Source of the DNA: Chara braunii
Lineage: Eukaryota > Plantae > Charophyceae
Direction of reading: 5' to 3'
NCBI GenBank assembly: GCA_003427395.1
Contig: BFEA01000024.1
Span: 500,044 to 564,043, forward strand
DNA length: 64,000 bases
A program made the translations under genes and the position numbers. The notes beneath the pieces were generated by a model. That model was given only the letters and a program-made list of their open reading frames with translations. It ran no database searches and had not been told where the DNA came from. Positions 36,653 to 50,685 of the stretch are shown here, in pieces (positions within the stretch are counted from its first letter, which is position 1; each line of letters starts with the position of its first letter).

Positions 36653-39600
36653 ATATCACCCCAAAGAACGCTTATCCCTTGCCTCGCATAGATGATCTGC
36701 TAGATGTTGCAGGTGAGTGCAAGGTCTTCTCCAAGATTGACCTTAAGTCTGGCTACCACCAGATTGAAGTTGATCCCAGCCACCAGCACAAAACTGCATT
36801 CAAAACACGCTATGGGTTATACGAATTCATCCTTATGCCCTTAGGTCTTACAAATGCACCAGCCACATTTCAGCGTCTCATGGACAAGGTTCTCCCAACT
36901 TCTCCGCCATCAACTCAACAGGTTTGTGGTTGTCTACCTTGACAACATCCTAGTTTTCAGCAAGTCAATGGAGGAGCACGTCAAGCACCTTGAGGAGGTT
37001 TTGTAAGTCCTCAAGGAGGCACAACTGCACCTCAACTTAGAGAAATCTGAGTTTGGAAGGGACAGCGTCATCTATCTTGGCCATCGGTTGTCTGCAAACG
37101 GCCTTGAGCCAGAGGCAACCAAGAGGTCATACGAAAGTGGCCTCAAGCGGCAAACGTACGTGAGCTGCGTTCTTTCCTTTGTTTGGCTTCGTATTACCGG
37201 AAGTTAGTGCCCAAATTTTCTGTCATTGCTCACCCTCTTTCGAGACTAACAAGCAAAAATGTTGCCTCTGCGTAGTGTGAGAAGTGCGAGACTGCGTTCC
37301 AAGCCTTGAAAGAGGCTTTGGTAAGTCATCCTATGCTCCGCATTGCAGATCCAAACCTCACGTTCGTGGTCACTACGGACGCGAGTCAGTATGGGATTGG
37401 TGCAGTGCTGCAACAAGATGATGGTGATGGTCTGCGCCCCCTCGAATATTACAGCAAACGCATACCCAACCACAAGGTAGCTACCTCCACATATATGAGT
37501 GAGCTCTATGCCTTGCGAGAAGCGCTCACACATTGGAAGCACTACCTCTTGGGTCGTCACTTCAAGGTCTACTCAGATCATCAGACCTTGCAGTGGATTA
37601 AAACGCAAAATGATCTCTCTCCGACCCTGACCCGCTGGCTGCATGACATTGATAATTACAATTTTGAACTGAAGCATAAAAAAGGTTGTTATAATCGTGT
37701 TGCTGATTCTTTGTCGCGTCATCCTAAGTTTTTGACTTGCCTTGTGAGCTCGTTTGACCTCCAAAGGAAACTGAACGAGGGTCTGGTGGAACACACTGCC
37801 AAGGATCCGGACCTTAGTCCCATCCTTTAGCAGCTCAAGGCTATCCCTAGCAGTCAGCCTGACTTTCATGAATGTGAGGGTCTTTTATTCTGCTGGTATG
37901 GGAAGTTTGATCGTTTGTGTGTACCCAACCATGCGCCTCTCCGGACTCATTTATTGGATTTGGCACATGGTTGGAGTGGACACTTCGGCTTTGAGAAGAC
38001 TTATGGAAGTCTTTTGTAGCAGTTTGATTGGTCGGAAATGAAGGGATCTGCTCAGAAATTTATTGTTGAATGTCAAGTCTGTCAAAGAACCAAGGTCCAT
38101 AGGCATGAGCCTTATGGTCTGTTGAAACCCCTTCCCATTCCTGATGGACCCGGTGAGTCGGTCTCTATCGATTTCACGGACATGGGGAAGGTGAGCGAGG
38201 AAGGACATTCACAAGTCATGGTCATCGTGGATCGTTTTTCCAAATTTTTGAATTTGATTCCTCTACCTCCTCATGCACAAAAAGAGCTTGTGATCGAAGA
38301 TTTTCACCAGCAGTACATTCTGCATTATGGACCCCCGAAAACTCTTGGGAGTGATCAGGAGACCAGGTTCATTAGTGTTGATTGGAAGGACTTCACTTCG
38401 TAAATCTACGACATTAAACTCAACAAGACTTTTGGTCGACACCCCGAAGCCAATGGATTGGCTAAGGAAGGCAACCAAACTGTCATCCAATTACTTTGCA
38501 CGTTAATAGTTTCAAATCAGAACACGTGGGACAAGAAGCTACACAAAGTGAAGGGGTTGTACAACAACTTCATTCACTCTGCAACTGGCGTGACACCAAA
38601 TCAGTTGCAATATGGTTGGCAGCTGCGCAATCCTCTCCCCTATCTGTTACCCGAACGGTCCCCTCGTCTGACACCTGACATGCATCGCTAAAATGCCAAG
38701 TATGCACGCTTGCTCAAAGCTGCTATCGCAGCAATGAACAAGCATCACCATGCCATGATCAAACATGCTAACAAGTCACGCAAAGAAGGGAACTTCGAAG
38801 TAGGAAGTTTTGTCTAGGTCAAAATGTCTGAGTTTTCTGACGAAGAGAACTTATCACGAAAGCTTCTTGCACTCTACTACGGCCCTTGGCAGGTTCTAAA
38901 GGTGGTCGGGGATGATATTTGTCCTTCGTATGTGATTGACGTGCCTCCTCATCTGCGCACATATCCGGTCTTTCACGCGTCCTAATTGTTTTCACACATC
39001 GATGATGAGACTTTTCCCTTCCGAGATCCTATGATACCTCGTCCTATCGACGACGGCCATGAGATAGACAAAATTGTTTCCCATGAAGGAAGAGGGAGGA
39101 ACAGACAGTGCAAGGTTTACTTCCTCTTTCACCTTTTGAACTAGTTCTTCTGGATCGACCAAAAAGAGCTGCCAAAGAATGCTCCCTGTGTTGTTAACGC
39201 TTATGAACGACAGATCGTTGATGGACAAACTGATAAGTTTTCTACAAAACTCACTCCTCACGGTCTTACTAAATCTCTCTTTTTGATCTACGCCCACGAC
39301 ACATTTTGTGCCGACTCTGAATGAGTTAATCGCTCGAAGGGACCTCACTCTTAAGAGGGGGGTAGTGTAATGACCCGCCAAAACACAAACTGAGAGCACT
39401 GCTGGTTTCTGGGATTTGCCGCTGGAATGAATGCCTTGCTGAGATTCCCGCATTCTGTTGTGGTTTCCAAGTCTGTGTGTGTGTGCGTGCCTGCTGGTTT
39501 GCATGCCTGTCTGAGTGCTTGTCGACTGAGTGTGTGTGTGACCCGCAAGGGTACTTGTTGGTTGAAGGGCCTCGCAGGGCCGGTACTTACCTGTGGCCGT

Positions 39601-42510
39601 GACTTTGAGGGTTGCAGCGGGGAAAACACTCAAGTAGCGGGGGCAGGCTCACGACACTTAGAGCAGCGGGGAAAAACACTCACGTAGCAGGTAGGCCGGC
39701 ACCACTCAAGTAGTGGTAGGAGTGTCGGGTACTGGAGGCCGAGCAGAAGAAGACAAAAAGTTGGCAATTTTTAGAAGCTCAATAGTGGTAGGTTAGAGGT
39801 AAGTCGGTACCAGTCCAAGTAGCCTGTTTTTAGGGCCTTGTCCGGACGATAGTAGAGCCTGCAATGATGTTTCCCTCCGAAAGGGAGGAGGTACCGGTTG
39901 CTGGGAGACCGCTCGGCCTAGGAAGTCACCGCCCAAGAGGCCAGCAGGCCGCTATATCTTCCTGAGGAGCAAGCAACTCCTCCTCATTTGCGGTATGTAA
40001 GGATTGGCGACATGTTGTTGAGCCAAGCGTTGGACTTGTGCAGCGCTGCCTGGAGGTGAAGAGCAGCTGGGCGCTCAGCCTGGCTATGGTGAGCAGCCCA
40101 GCTTGAGGAGGAGGAAGAAGGGGGAAAAGGAGGAGAGTGGCAAGGTACCTACCTGGCTATGGTAGACACCATCTTCATCACCTTGTTGGGCGCTGCATCC
40201 GGAAGGCCCCATTTGGGATAGTGCTGCACCAAGGAAGCTCAAGGCAGAGACAGGCATGGCGGCCTAGTCAGCAGCTGCATAGCTGCTTTGGGTTGTCCTT
40301 TGGACAGGAGTGCAGAGACATAGCTGTTTTATGTTGTCCTTTGCACAAGAGGGCAGAACCCTCAGTTGTTCGCCATAGCCTAGGCTTGTGAGAGGTGGAA
40401 GAAGGGGGGAAGCCATAGCTATGGTGGACCTATGATGATGTCAGCAGTAAGAGGGAACTTCGGATATTGATTCTGGTCCATCCACTCATTGTTATTGTTA
40501 TTATTATTGGAAGAAGAATAAGATTGACGAAGGAAAGGAGGAGGAGGAAGGTGGAGAGAGAAGGGGGATTCGTCATTGGTCTTGCTGGTGTACATCTTCC
40601 TCTTCTTCTTCTTCTTCTTCTTCTGTTTTTTTTTTTTTCTTCTTCTTCTTATTCTTCTTCTTCTTTTTCTTTTTCTTCTTCTTCCTCTTCTTCTTCTTTT
40701 TCTTTTTCTTCTTCTTTCTCTCTTCTTTGGTCTCTATCTCTTTGCAAGTGCTTTCATTTCTTTCGGGATTGGGTGACATTGTCTTTCATTGTGAATTTGC
40801 ACTTTGGGAATGACCAGCATTGTAACAGGCTAGGATTGGGCTCATACTAGCAAGCTATTCTCTCTATTTGTGGTTGGATATGTCTTGTTGGTTTTGTTTA
40901 TTACACACGGCCTAATTCTTTATCATGCTTTAGAGCATGGGTTGTACAGGTGGCGGATTGGTGTATTCTTGAATCTTCTGTCTTAGGTAAGTTGTTTCTT
41001 ATCTTCTTCCTCCTCTTTGGCAGTGACGAGGGCATGGAGGGTAGAGTAATCCTAGTGAGTCTGAATTTGGTGCATCTGTTTTGTTGTTCCCAAGAAAGGA
41101 GGCAAACTCCGGATGTGTATTGACTACCACGGACTTAAGTGAATCATAAGAAAGAATGTTTATCCTTTACCACACATTGATGACTTGATTGATGCTGCAG
41201 TTGGGTGCAAGATCTTGGGTCTTGCTACCACCAGATTGAAGTCTATCCTGCAGACCAGCACACACAAAACCGCATTCAAGACACACAACGGGCTGTACGA
41301 ATTTATCGTTATGCCATTCGGTCTTACGAATGCGCTGACCACCTTCCAATGCCACATGAACAAGATACTTTATAAACAGATTGGATGGTTTGTTGTTGTG
41401 TATCTGGATGATATCTTGATCTTCAGCAAGTCAATGGAAGAACACATAGAACAGATTGAGGAAGTGTTCACCATCCACAAGAAAACGCAGCTCCATCTTA
41501 ACTTAGGGAAATATGAGTTTGGGAGGGACAACGTCATCTATGTTGGGCATCACTTGTCTGTTGCAGGCCTTGAGCCCGAGGCAACTAAGGTTGAGGTCAT
41601 TCGCAAGTGGCCCCAACCCTTGAATGTTTGTGAGCTGCGTTCTTTTTTTGGCCTTATGTCGTATTACCCGAAGTTTGTCCCTCGATTCTTTTGCATCACA
41701 CACTCATGGTCGGGACTTACTAGCAAGAATGTATAGTACACGTGAGAGGACGCATGTGAGACTGCCTGCCAAGCCTTGAAGGAGGCCTTGGTGAGCCATC
41801 CAATGCTCCGCATTGCAGATTCCAAACTTACATTCATAGTCACTACAGATTCGAGCCAATATGGGATTGGCGCAGTGCTGCAACAAGATGACGGGGATGA
41901 CTCGTGCCCACTCAAGTACTACAACAAATGCATACCCTGCGAAAAGGTAGCCACTTCCACTTATGTGTGNNAGATGTATGCTTTNCGTAACGCACTCAAT
42001 GATTGGAAGCANTATCTTTTGGGACGCCACTTNAAAGTGTACTCAAATCACGAGACTTTGATGTNGATNAAGNAACAAACCCTTATCNACTACCTTGACC
42101 TNCTGNTTNCATGAGATTGATATTTTTTATTTTGAATTGAAGCACAAAAAGGGTTGTTACAATCGAGGTGTTAATGCAGTGTCTCACCAACTGAAGTACA
42201 TGACTTGCCTTGTGAGCTCTTACGACCTTCGGAAGAAACTGAATGAGGAACTAGTTGAATAAACTGCCAAGGATTTGGACCTTAGCGTCATCCTTGAGAA
42301 GCTCAAGGATGATTGTTCGGCTGACCCCAACAGTCAGCCTGATTTCCACAAATGTGAGGATTTGTTGTATCGACATTACGAGAAGCGTGGTCGTTTGTGT
42401 GTAACCGACCATAAGCCTCTCACTTCTTGGATCTGGCTCACGACCGGAGTGGACACTTGGCTTAGAGAAAACATTGTCGGAAGCTTTGGTTCTTGAATCG
42501 AGTCCCGACC
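36653..42510 (+). repeat. Duplicate of the Gypsy-A region ~20542-26362 (RT-RH-IN-chromo, LTR, RT fragment)
   Basis: ORF translations are identical at offset 16154 over most of the length, including ambiguous N positions. The ends are diverged. Confidence 0.93.
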
Positions 42511-45500
42511 CTTGAGACGGGATACATGACAAGGATGTGCACAACAGAGGAATCCAGAAGAAGGGGACAAAAGAGAATAAAAAAAACAGATGGCGGACAA
42601 AGACGGGACTGCCGGCGACAAGAGTCCCAAAATGGGATTTGGGACCGTCAAGACCAAGAGTCCCAAGATGGGGCTCAGGACCAGTAGGACACAGACATTG
42701 AGGAAGAGAGGACCGCAAGGGCAAAAGGACCTGGATTAGACTAAGAAAGAAAGCCAATAACAGATTTAAGGATAGTTTGAGAAGGTTTTCTTCCCTGTTT
42801 TTCCTGCAAGTCAGAAGAGACGAGGAAAAGGTGGGCAAACATATGCGGAATGACTCCGCTCCAAGGCAGGAACGTACAGAGGGGCACCCACCTACGACAA
42901 ATTAAAAATGTCAAGCCAATAACAAATTTGGAGGTAGTTTGAGGAGGTTCCGGGAAAAACCGGGAAAGACATGTTTTCCCGCACGTCACAAGGGAAGAGG
43001 AAAGAGTGAGCAAACGTGTGCGGAACGACTCCGCTCCAAGGCAGGAACGTCCGGAGGAGCGTCACCTACGAAAAATTGAAAATGCCGTCTGTTGCTCAAG
43101 GAATTATTTTTTGAAGCAAGCGGACATAATAGAGGGAGAAGGGTCCGAGAAAAACCAAGGCAAAACGGTATTTCCCGTAATCACAGAGAACAAGGAAAGG
43201 ATGGGCAAACGAAGACGGAACGACACCATTACAAACCAAGAACGTTCGGGATGACATCAGATATAATATATTAAAATACAGACATCACAAAGGACAGATG
43301 ATCAAAAGATTAAGTTTTGAACTAAGCGGCTATCGTCAAGGGCGTGCGAACGTGGCAAGCGGCAAGGATGTCGTCGACAGTCGCACGACACATGGAAAAT
43401 ACCCTGTAGGAATGTGATTACCAAAGTGCCGCCGAAAAATAATAAAGGTGACCATACTCCTTGAGGAAGGAGGACCGTCGGGAAAAATAGCACAACAACG
43501 CTGGTACTACAAGCGGATGAGATCAGTGGCATCAAGGAAAATAGTACCTTGGTGCAACCACATACGACCCTAGCATGTGACCTAGAGGGTCACCCAAGCG
43601 CGGCTTGACAAGAGCCTAAGGGTAGTGGAACTAGGGGAGGGGGTGCAAGCGGACTGCTTAGCATCAACTAGACAAGTGCCCAAGCACAAAAAACCTGAGA
43701 AATGGTGGCTCATTGAGTAGCCGAATGGTAAGGGCTAAAAAAGAAGTGAGAAAGTCCAAATTTTGTGGCTTTTAGGCCTTGAAACTCAGAAGGGACTCAA
43801 CAAGGATGCAAAAGATCACAAGGGCCTTAGTTTGAGATTGCCCGGGTACACCGAATTTGAAAAATGAGGTTTTACTATGGTCCGGGATAAAACGACCAGC
43901 AAAGGTAAGGAGAAAAAAAACTAGAGGGAGAATGGGAGAAGTGGGAGAGTGTGGGAGTGAAAAAGGGGCAAGCCACCACATCATGGTCAACTTATCCTTT
44001 TCCAAGGAAGGGCTAGGTACAAAATACAAACTTGCATCAAGTCTAGATGCAGTTGGGACTGAAACGGTAAAAAATAGATAATTGGAGGTCAAGGAAAACA
44101 CATGTTTTAAGTACATCTTGTGACCTAATTCACCCAAGGATGAATCGGGCACAGAGGGTGGGGAAAAAGAGAGTTCAGATACAATGAACTCAGAACTAAA
44201 GCTCCTAGAAGCTACCAGCTCACAAACGGACAAAAATGGACACCTATGAGAAAATAAAACACATGTTTAAGGTACATTTTGTGACTAGATTCATCCTAGG
44301 TTGAAACAGTCGCAAAATATCTTAGTTTTCTTCATTTTCTATCAGAAAAAAAATAAAGTAAGAGGGAAGTAGGTTGTGATACAACGGACCACAAAAAGTA
44401 AAGCAAACATATGTTTCAAGTACATTCGGAACCAATATTGAGTCCAGATGCACTTGGAAATGTGCCACCCCATTTTGTTTTAGTATGGGGCAAGTTTGAG
44501 GGCAATGGGGCTAGGAAAATGACCACCATTGCACTCCGAAAATTAACGGGTTGCAAGGGAGTGCTAAGTCCAAGGGAAAATGAGCCTTGACATCCTCAAG
44601 ATATTAGAAAACGATGTCTCAAGCATTGTAGCAAATAGTAACAGCAAATGGTAACTGCGGGATGAAGATCTAGCGAGCGAGAATATTCGACACACTCGAG
44701 ATACATGGGAAGAAGAAAATTCGGATTGATGGGGACTAGGGAGTCCCAAATAAAAATGAGACAGCATGGAAAATAATGTCGGGAACTAGAGGGACACAAG
44801 TAAAAATAATCACGAATTGGGAATCGATGAGACCGCCAGTAGGACTAGGATATGGAAGTAATGTGAGATGAGTGACAGGGACTTGAGTTGTTCCAAGAAA
44901 ATTAGGAGACAATATGAAGAATGGATCATCAAAGCAATACGCACCGTCAAGTCCAACATTTAGTGGTTGAAAATATTAACACTATTAGTTTCTGGAGACG
45001 AAGGAAGAAAAAAATGAAGAAGGGAGGCCTACATTGCAGTCCGAGATATCTCCGACCGGCCAAGCAAGAGAAAAATGGAGCCTTGAGTGACACTAGGCAT
45101 TAAATAGGCTGCAAAGAAAAAAATGAATTAAGGAGAGTTCCAAACTGAGACTAACGGTGGCAAAATGAAGCCCTCATGAGTATGTGGGTGTTATTATTGT
45201 GACCCGAGAAATAACGGACAACAACTTGATCTAGATCTAGATCAAGATCTATGGCATAGAAAAAAAGTCAAATACTCTTTGACACTTATAAAATTAGAAA
45301 TGAAAGAAAAGAAAAGACAAAGGAGAGAAAATGGGGGGAGAACGAGACAAAGGGGGAGAAAAAGGTGGAGGAAAGATGCAAGGCTAGTTAGAACTGGCAA
45401 GTCCTTTCTGTGACATCATCACTCTGGATTTAGTGGAGGGACGTCCAGAGTGAAGAGATAAGGCCCCAATGGCCTTATCTCGGCAAAATCTAAATTAAAA

Positions 45501-45631
45501 AGAGAAAAACAAAATTATGGGACCGGTTGTCTTTTGGACAAAATGCAAATCTTTGGGAGAGACAATATGACCATTTTTGGTGATGCCAACTCAAACAGCC
45601 AACTCCAAAATGAATTGGCAGCCCAAAATGG

Positions 45632-45662
<31 letters not shown>

Positions 45663-45829
45663 CAAAAAATAGTGTATTTGGTAAAAAACACGAGGCCAAA
45701 TACACTAGAAATTTAAAACCAGAGCCATCGGGCTCAAATTTGAAGCAAGGACCGCTTGGGGTTAGCTCGGATTAGATCTTGCATTGGATCTTGACCCGAT
45801 TTGTGGTGGAAAATGAACCGAGGTACAAG

Positions 45830-46800
45830 GGATGACAAACTTAAAGAAAAAGTCAAAAAGGCCTTTTATTTTCAACCAAGGCTGTCCCTTGACTATTCAG
45901 ACCCAAGGGGCAACATATGAAGGTGAAAGTAAAGCATGGGGAGACCCTAAAGGCAGTCCGAGTTGGTACCAACCACCCAGACTGCATGTACTTGACCAAA
46001 ATAATGCCCGGGTGCGTCTGGAGAGACCCACTAGTGAAGGTTTTCCTTGGGGGTACCTCGGCTCACGTTGGGCACTTGGGAGAGGCCCAAGGGTTGGCCG
46101 GAGTGCTGTGGACAACCTATTTAAGCTGGGAATGCATTCCGCTTCCACACATTGGCATGAGTCAAGTAGATGCTGACCACATGAGGCCAAGAGAGCACTA
46201 GGCTCAGTCAGAGTGCGCAGAGGAGAATTGCTGCCAGTGTGGGAGCTTGAGGTAGACTCTAGGCTGGTGGAAGTGGCTACAGAGGCTGGTGGAAGTGGTG
46301 CTGGCCTAAGGGGGTGCTCCGCCATAGCCCTCGGGCTGTGAGGAAGAAGGAAAGGCTAGAGTGAGTCCACTTAGCCCACCTAGAGGGGAGGACTTTATAG
46401 CCTTAGTGTTAGGAGATTGCCATAGCCAAAGAGGGGCTGAGAAGGGAGTGATGAGGAAGGCTTGAAGAAGAAGGAAGTCATAGCCGGAGGGCAAGTGTGC
46501 AAGGGAAGAAAAAACTTCATTAGGATTGACATCACAAGACCAAGACGCTATAGGAGGTGAGTGGGAAACGAGAAGGTGCTCCCTTTGTTCATCACCTTCT
46601 TCTTCTTCTTCTTCTTTTGCTTTTTTTTTCTTTTTCTTTTTTTTTCTTTTTTTTTTCTTCTTCTCCTCCTCCTTCCTCTATTTCCTCTCTTCACTTCATG
46701 TCTCTATCTCCTCTCCTCTTCCCTCCTTTTTCTCTATAACTAACATTTCAGACTTGGGGGAAGTAGTTAGTAGCTCCCACAGTAGAGGTTATCTCTGTTA
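45830..46800. repeat. LTR-like fragment related to the Gypsy-A LTR
   Basis: Patchy similarity (cgccatagcc..ggc.tgtgag..gaagaagg, CT-rich tract) to 24200-24600. Boundaries unclear. Confidence 0.35.
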
Positions 46801-47041
46801 TGTCTACTCTCCTCATCTTCCTTGTGAATCACTACTTTGATCTTCGTCTTCCTAAGCTTTGGGAGTGAGTTTCTCTCACTCTCTCTCCATGTTTTGTCCA
46901 TCTCTTCACTTCCTTGCAAATCGCTACTTCACTTTTTACTTCAACTAGTTCTGTGAGTTTCTTTTCTCCATGTATTGTCTATTTTCTCACTTCCTTGTGA
47001 ATCGTCACTTTGATCTTTGTCTTTCGAAGCTTTGGGAGTGA

Positions 47042-47121
<80 letters not shown>

Positions 47122-47331
47122 ACTTATTACTTGGATTTTCCTTTCACCACGAGGGTGGTCTCATGCACACAGATCACATACATTGATAGGAAGAAGAAGA
47201 AGAAGCGAGCGATTGCGACATGAAAAATCCAATAAGCTCAGTACAACAACCCATTCCTCTCTCCATCCTCAATGCATGCAAGCTCATACATGGCACATTA
47301 GTGTCAGTCTCCACCTACACACCTGCGGCTT

Positions 47332-47381
47332 CCCCCTACGCCGCGTTTCGATCAGTTGCCAGCTGATCATCATCAGGGGGG
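47332..47381 (-). ncRNA. Type I hammerhead ribozyme, PLE-2 3' pseudo-LTR
   Basis: Minus strand: CCCCC CUGAUGA U GAUCAG-CUGGCAA-CUGAUC GAAA CGCGGC GUA^GGGGG. Core intact, with an extra U after A9. Confidence 0.88.
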
Positions 47382-47673
47382 TCCCTCGATCCTCACACCA
47401 AAAGACTGGCTACTTCGGAGCTGTTAGTTAAATACGTAGCCGCGTGCCAACACCCGCGGCTGGGCTGTAGCCGTTCCTAGTTTCCAATTATTCCTACTTT
47501 TTAACTTTGTACATCTACCCACCGTGACATCCTACAAAGATTCCTCATCTGACATCCTTATCCGCCGGCGTTGCGCTCTCTGAGACGTCCAGTCCGACCA
47601 AATCTATGCCTGATTCCCCGTTTCCTACATTCAGGTCGGATTCACCCGGTAGTCCTTATCGGTCGGACGTTTT

Positions 47674-50610
47674 TCAAACGGTATCTCGCACAAGCCACGT
47701 GTCGGATCTCTCAGTCTGGCCCTTCCCAGGTCCCATCCCCGCGAGCGGGCGCGTGTTCGAGTCCCACTGATGCCCCGTCCTCACCTTCTCTCTCTCTCTC
47801 CTCTCTCTCTCTCTTTCTCTCTCTCTCTTGTCCTCCTCTACCTCCATCCTAGTAGGATGGAGGTGTCGAAGGTCAATATGCTGTCTTTCTGCAAAGATCC
47901 GGATCATCTGTGTAATCACTGTCTCCGGATATGATTTCATGGGCAGTTCCTCCTTGAGGCACAAGATCGGCAGATCCCTCGTCGTTGTGTCGGTCGAGCA
48001 TCTCATGATACGGTGCAGGTAGCTCAGGATCATGGCTGACTTGGTCTGCTTATCGCTGTAGGATCTGTAGTCCTGGATCTCTTGGTACACCAGGGCTCTG
48101 CCTTGGGTCACGCAGTCATGATTCTTCATCACGAGCATGGAGGAGATTTTTGGTCCTTCCTTGTCCACGAGGATTTTGCATCCCAGGAACAACAGCGTGC
48201 CATCCCCCTCGTCCGTGCGTTGGATTACTAGATCCGACGGGTAGCATGACAGCAGTTTGTGCATGATGTCCCGTGCTGTACATGCTGCATCGATCTTGTT
48301 TCTCACATATCGGATGAAGATCGCCACATCATCCATCAGCCGCAACCCAAGGAGTCTCTTACGATCTGTCTTCAGGCTCTGGATGAACATCGCCTCACTT
48401 TTGGCGCATAGGATGCACGCAAGGGCCGGGCTCGTGTGTCCCCCCATGGGGATACCTCTAATCTGTTGTATCAGTTCTCCTTCAGCCAGGCTATAGGAGT
48501 GATCCAGCTCATATCTCACCCAGCTGCGTACGGCCGCAAACTTCACCGATTGGTGTCCTTCCCTCGCTTTACGGCCCATCGCCGGCTTCTTTCCTCTGCA
48601 GTTCACGTTCACCCTGTCGTATCCCTTCACTTGCATCATCATTGTCAGCCAATCCAACGCCTCTCGTATCTCCTTGTGTGAAAGCTCTGCGAACATATTC
48701 TTTATGTCGAAGCTCGCGGTCATGACTCCGTGCTTGGATTCCAGTCCCGACGACCATGATACCAGTCGCTTGATGGCGTCTTCTGATGATGTCGTGTTAA
48801 AGTGGAGCTTCCTCGCCAGACAGCCCAGCATGCAGTACAGTGCTTTAGCTACCTTCTTTGCTCCTTCCTTCATAGGTGCGTTCCATGACGGGGCTATAGG
48901 CCTCCACCTCGTAGGGTCTTTCTGCTTCGGTATCACGTATGCATCGCCATACCTCCCTTTCTTCCTCCAGGATCCGAGTGACTTCAGCCCCGCTTCTTCA
49001 TAGTCTCTACTCCCTCGTACTAATGCATCTTCCTCCTTCAGGTCACTCATGATGAAACTATCCCCATGCCAAAACGTATCACGCAGGGCTCACGCATATA
49101 CCACCGGGCATACTATGTATGTTGCGCCTGGATTTCGGTCCATCGACATACGTACGAGCCCGCGTAATTTCTTCCTCCATTTTAGCGTCTCATGATACCA
49201 GTCGTCCCGAGGTGTGTCCCTGCTGCTGACACATTCCTCCACGTCATTAATGCTAACGGTGAGGTTCTTCCCTGTGTAGCTAAACAGTCCTCCGAGGTCA
49301 TCCAGCAAGGCCGTGATGATCCCGCGCCTCACCTGCTTCGTCCTTTGCATCGGAATATTCCTGGCGTTCAGGAGGAAGTCCGGGGCACCGAGATCCGACA
49401 GACTGCATCGCACATGTCCTTCCACAATAGGGAAGGGGCTCTCTGCGCATTTGCAGATGCTACCAGACGAGCGTGCATAGTCTCGCTGGTTGTGAAGTAG
49501 GTCGCCAATCGTTTGTTTTTTCATCCAGACGATGCGAACATGCCTTCGTACGATAACAGTGTTGATCTCGCTCAAGCCTAGTTCCCCGATCTTCAGCCTC
49601 GCAACGTCGCCCACCTTCTTTCTATCCACTCGATCGTCATATGAAATTTTCACTGTATGTTTCTTTCTAAGATTGATCCCCACCTTCTCATTTACTACTT
49701 TCGATATGATTGTCCTAATTCTCTGCCTACTCCTCTTGTCTAGACCCCTAGTAGCTTGGTACATATAGGTGAGCTCGTGGTGTTCTTTCTTCCATAGCAA
49801 CTTCCTACGCCATGGTTGGGTCAGAAGAAGGAGAAGTTCTCGCCGGACCCTGGCTGGGTAGGTGACAGTCTCTGTTGATTCTCTGATCGTCAGCATTCCT
49901 CCGCGTTCGATCAACGCCTTCCCTTCCCTAAGTAGGCACAATGTCCCGCTCATCTCCATCTTCGACATGCCAAACCTCCGTTTGATGACCTTCCAGTCCT
50001 CGCACCATATTTCTCCTCTACATTTAATGAGTACATTCTTCCTGCCTTCCTTTATTGCCCGCTCTAGGTACTCGGTCATCCTGGTAGTCGCCAATCCCCC
50101 CGTGCCTATAAATCTAAGGATTTGTCCCTTCTTCCCCCGCGCATTCCTTCTCCTTTTCCTTTCCCGTTTGCCTTTCCTTTTCTTTCGCCTTTTCGGTTGC
50201 CTCGGGTTCTTATCTTGTAGATTAAGTGCCAGAGACCATCTCCTGATGAGGCAGCTCTCGATCTGCCTACGATCTATCCCGTCTGCTTCTGCCGTCGTTA
50301 GTGGTATCGCGATATAGTCATCCGTACCTACCTTTCGCAGCCATCTGTACAGAGGTTGGCATTTATATTCTTTCCCGGTGCTGCAGGCTACATGCTTCGT
50401 CCATCTATGTGAGAGATCCCTACTGGTATGACCTATATAGATCTTCCTACACTTCGTCGAGATCAGTGTGTACACGCAGCGAGTAGGCTTCTCCCACTCT
50501 ATCTTCTCATCCTCCCATAGATCGCGGAACTTTTCAGCCCATGGTACCGCTCCCTGTAACATCAGAATCACCAGGATATATCTAAGCGCAGTGTCGATCT
50601 GGTCCCGCAC
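47674..50610 (-). CDS. PLE-2 ORF2: GIY-YIG endonuclease, CxC linker, RT (~980 aa, one in-frame TGA at 49090-49092)
   Basis: CVYTLISTKCRKIYIGHTSRDLSHRW..IE..LI..LN; CKC..GHV; DRNPG; YVIPKQKDPTRWRPI; SFDIKNMFAEL; QIRGIPMGGHTSP; RLMDD. The 506-aa and 458-aa ORFs are in the same frame. Confidence 0.9.
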
Positions 50611-50685
50611 AGTCCTATCTCTAATGCATTTCCTTTAAATTACCATCAGATCCCACATCGCCCAGACTCGGTCGAGGTTCACATG

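Noticed and set aside
42510-45830. Short ORFs and a ~175-bp two-copy repeat (42847/43022)
   Set aside because: No recognisable protein motifs. It is probably non-coding internal sequence of a retroelement and cannot be assigned.
49090-49092. In-frame TGA in PLE-2 ORF2 as selenocysteine (as in some Naiad PLEs)
   Set aside because: The aligned residue in PLE-1 is His, not Cys. A single CGA>TGA CpG decay is the simpler explanation, and no SECIS was identified.
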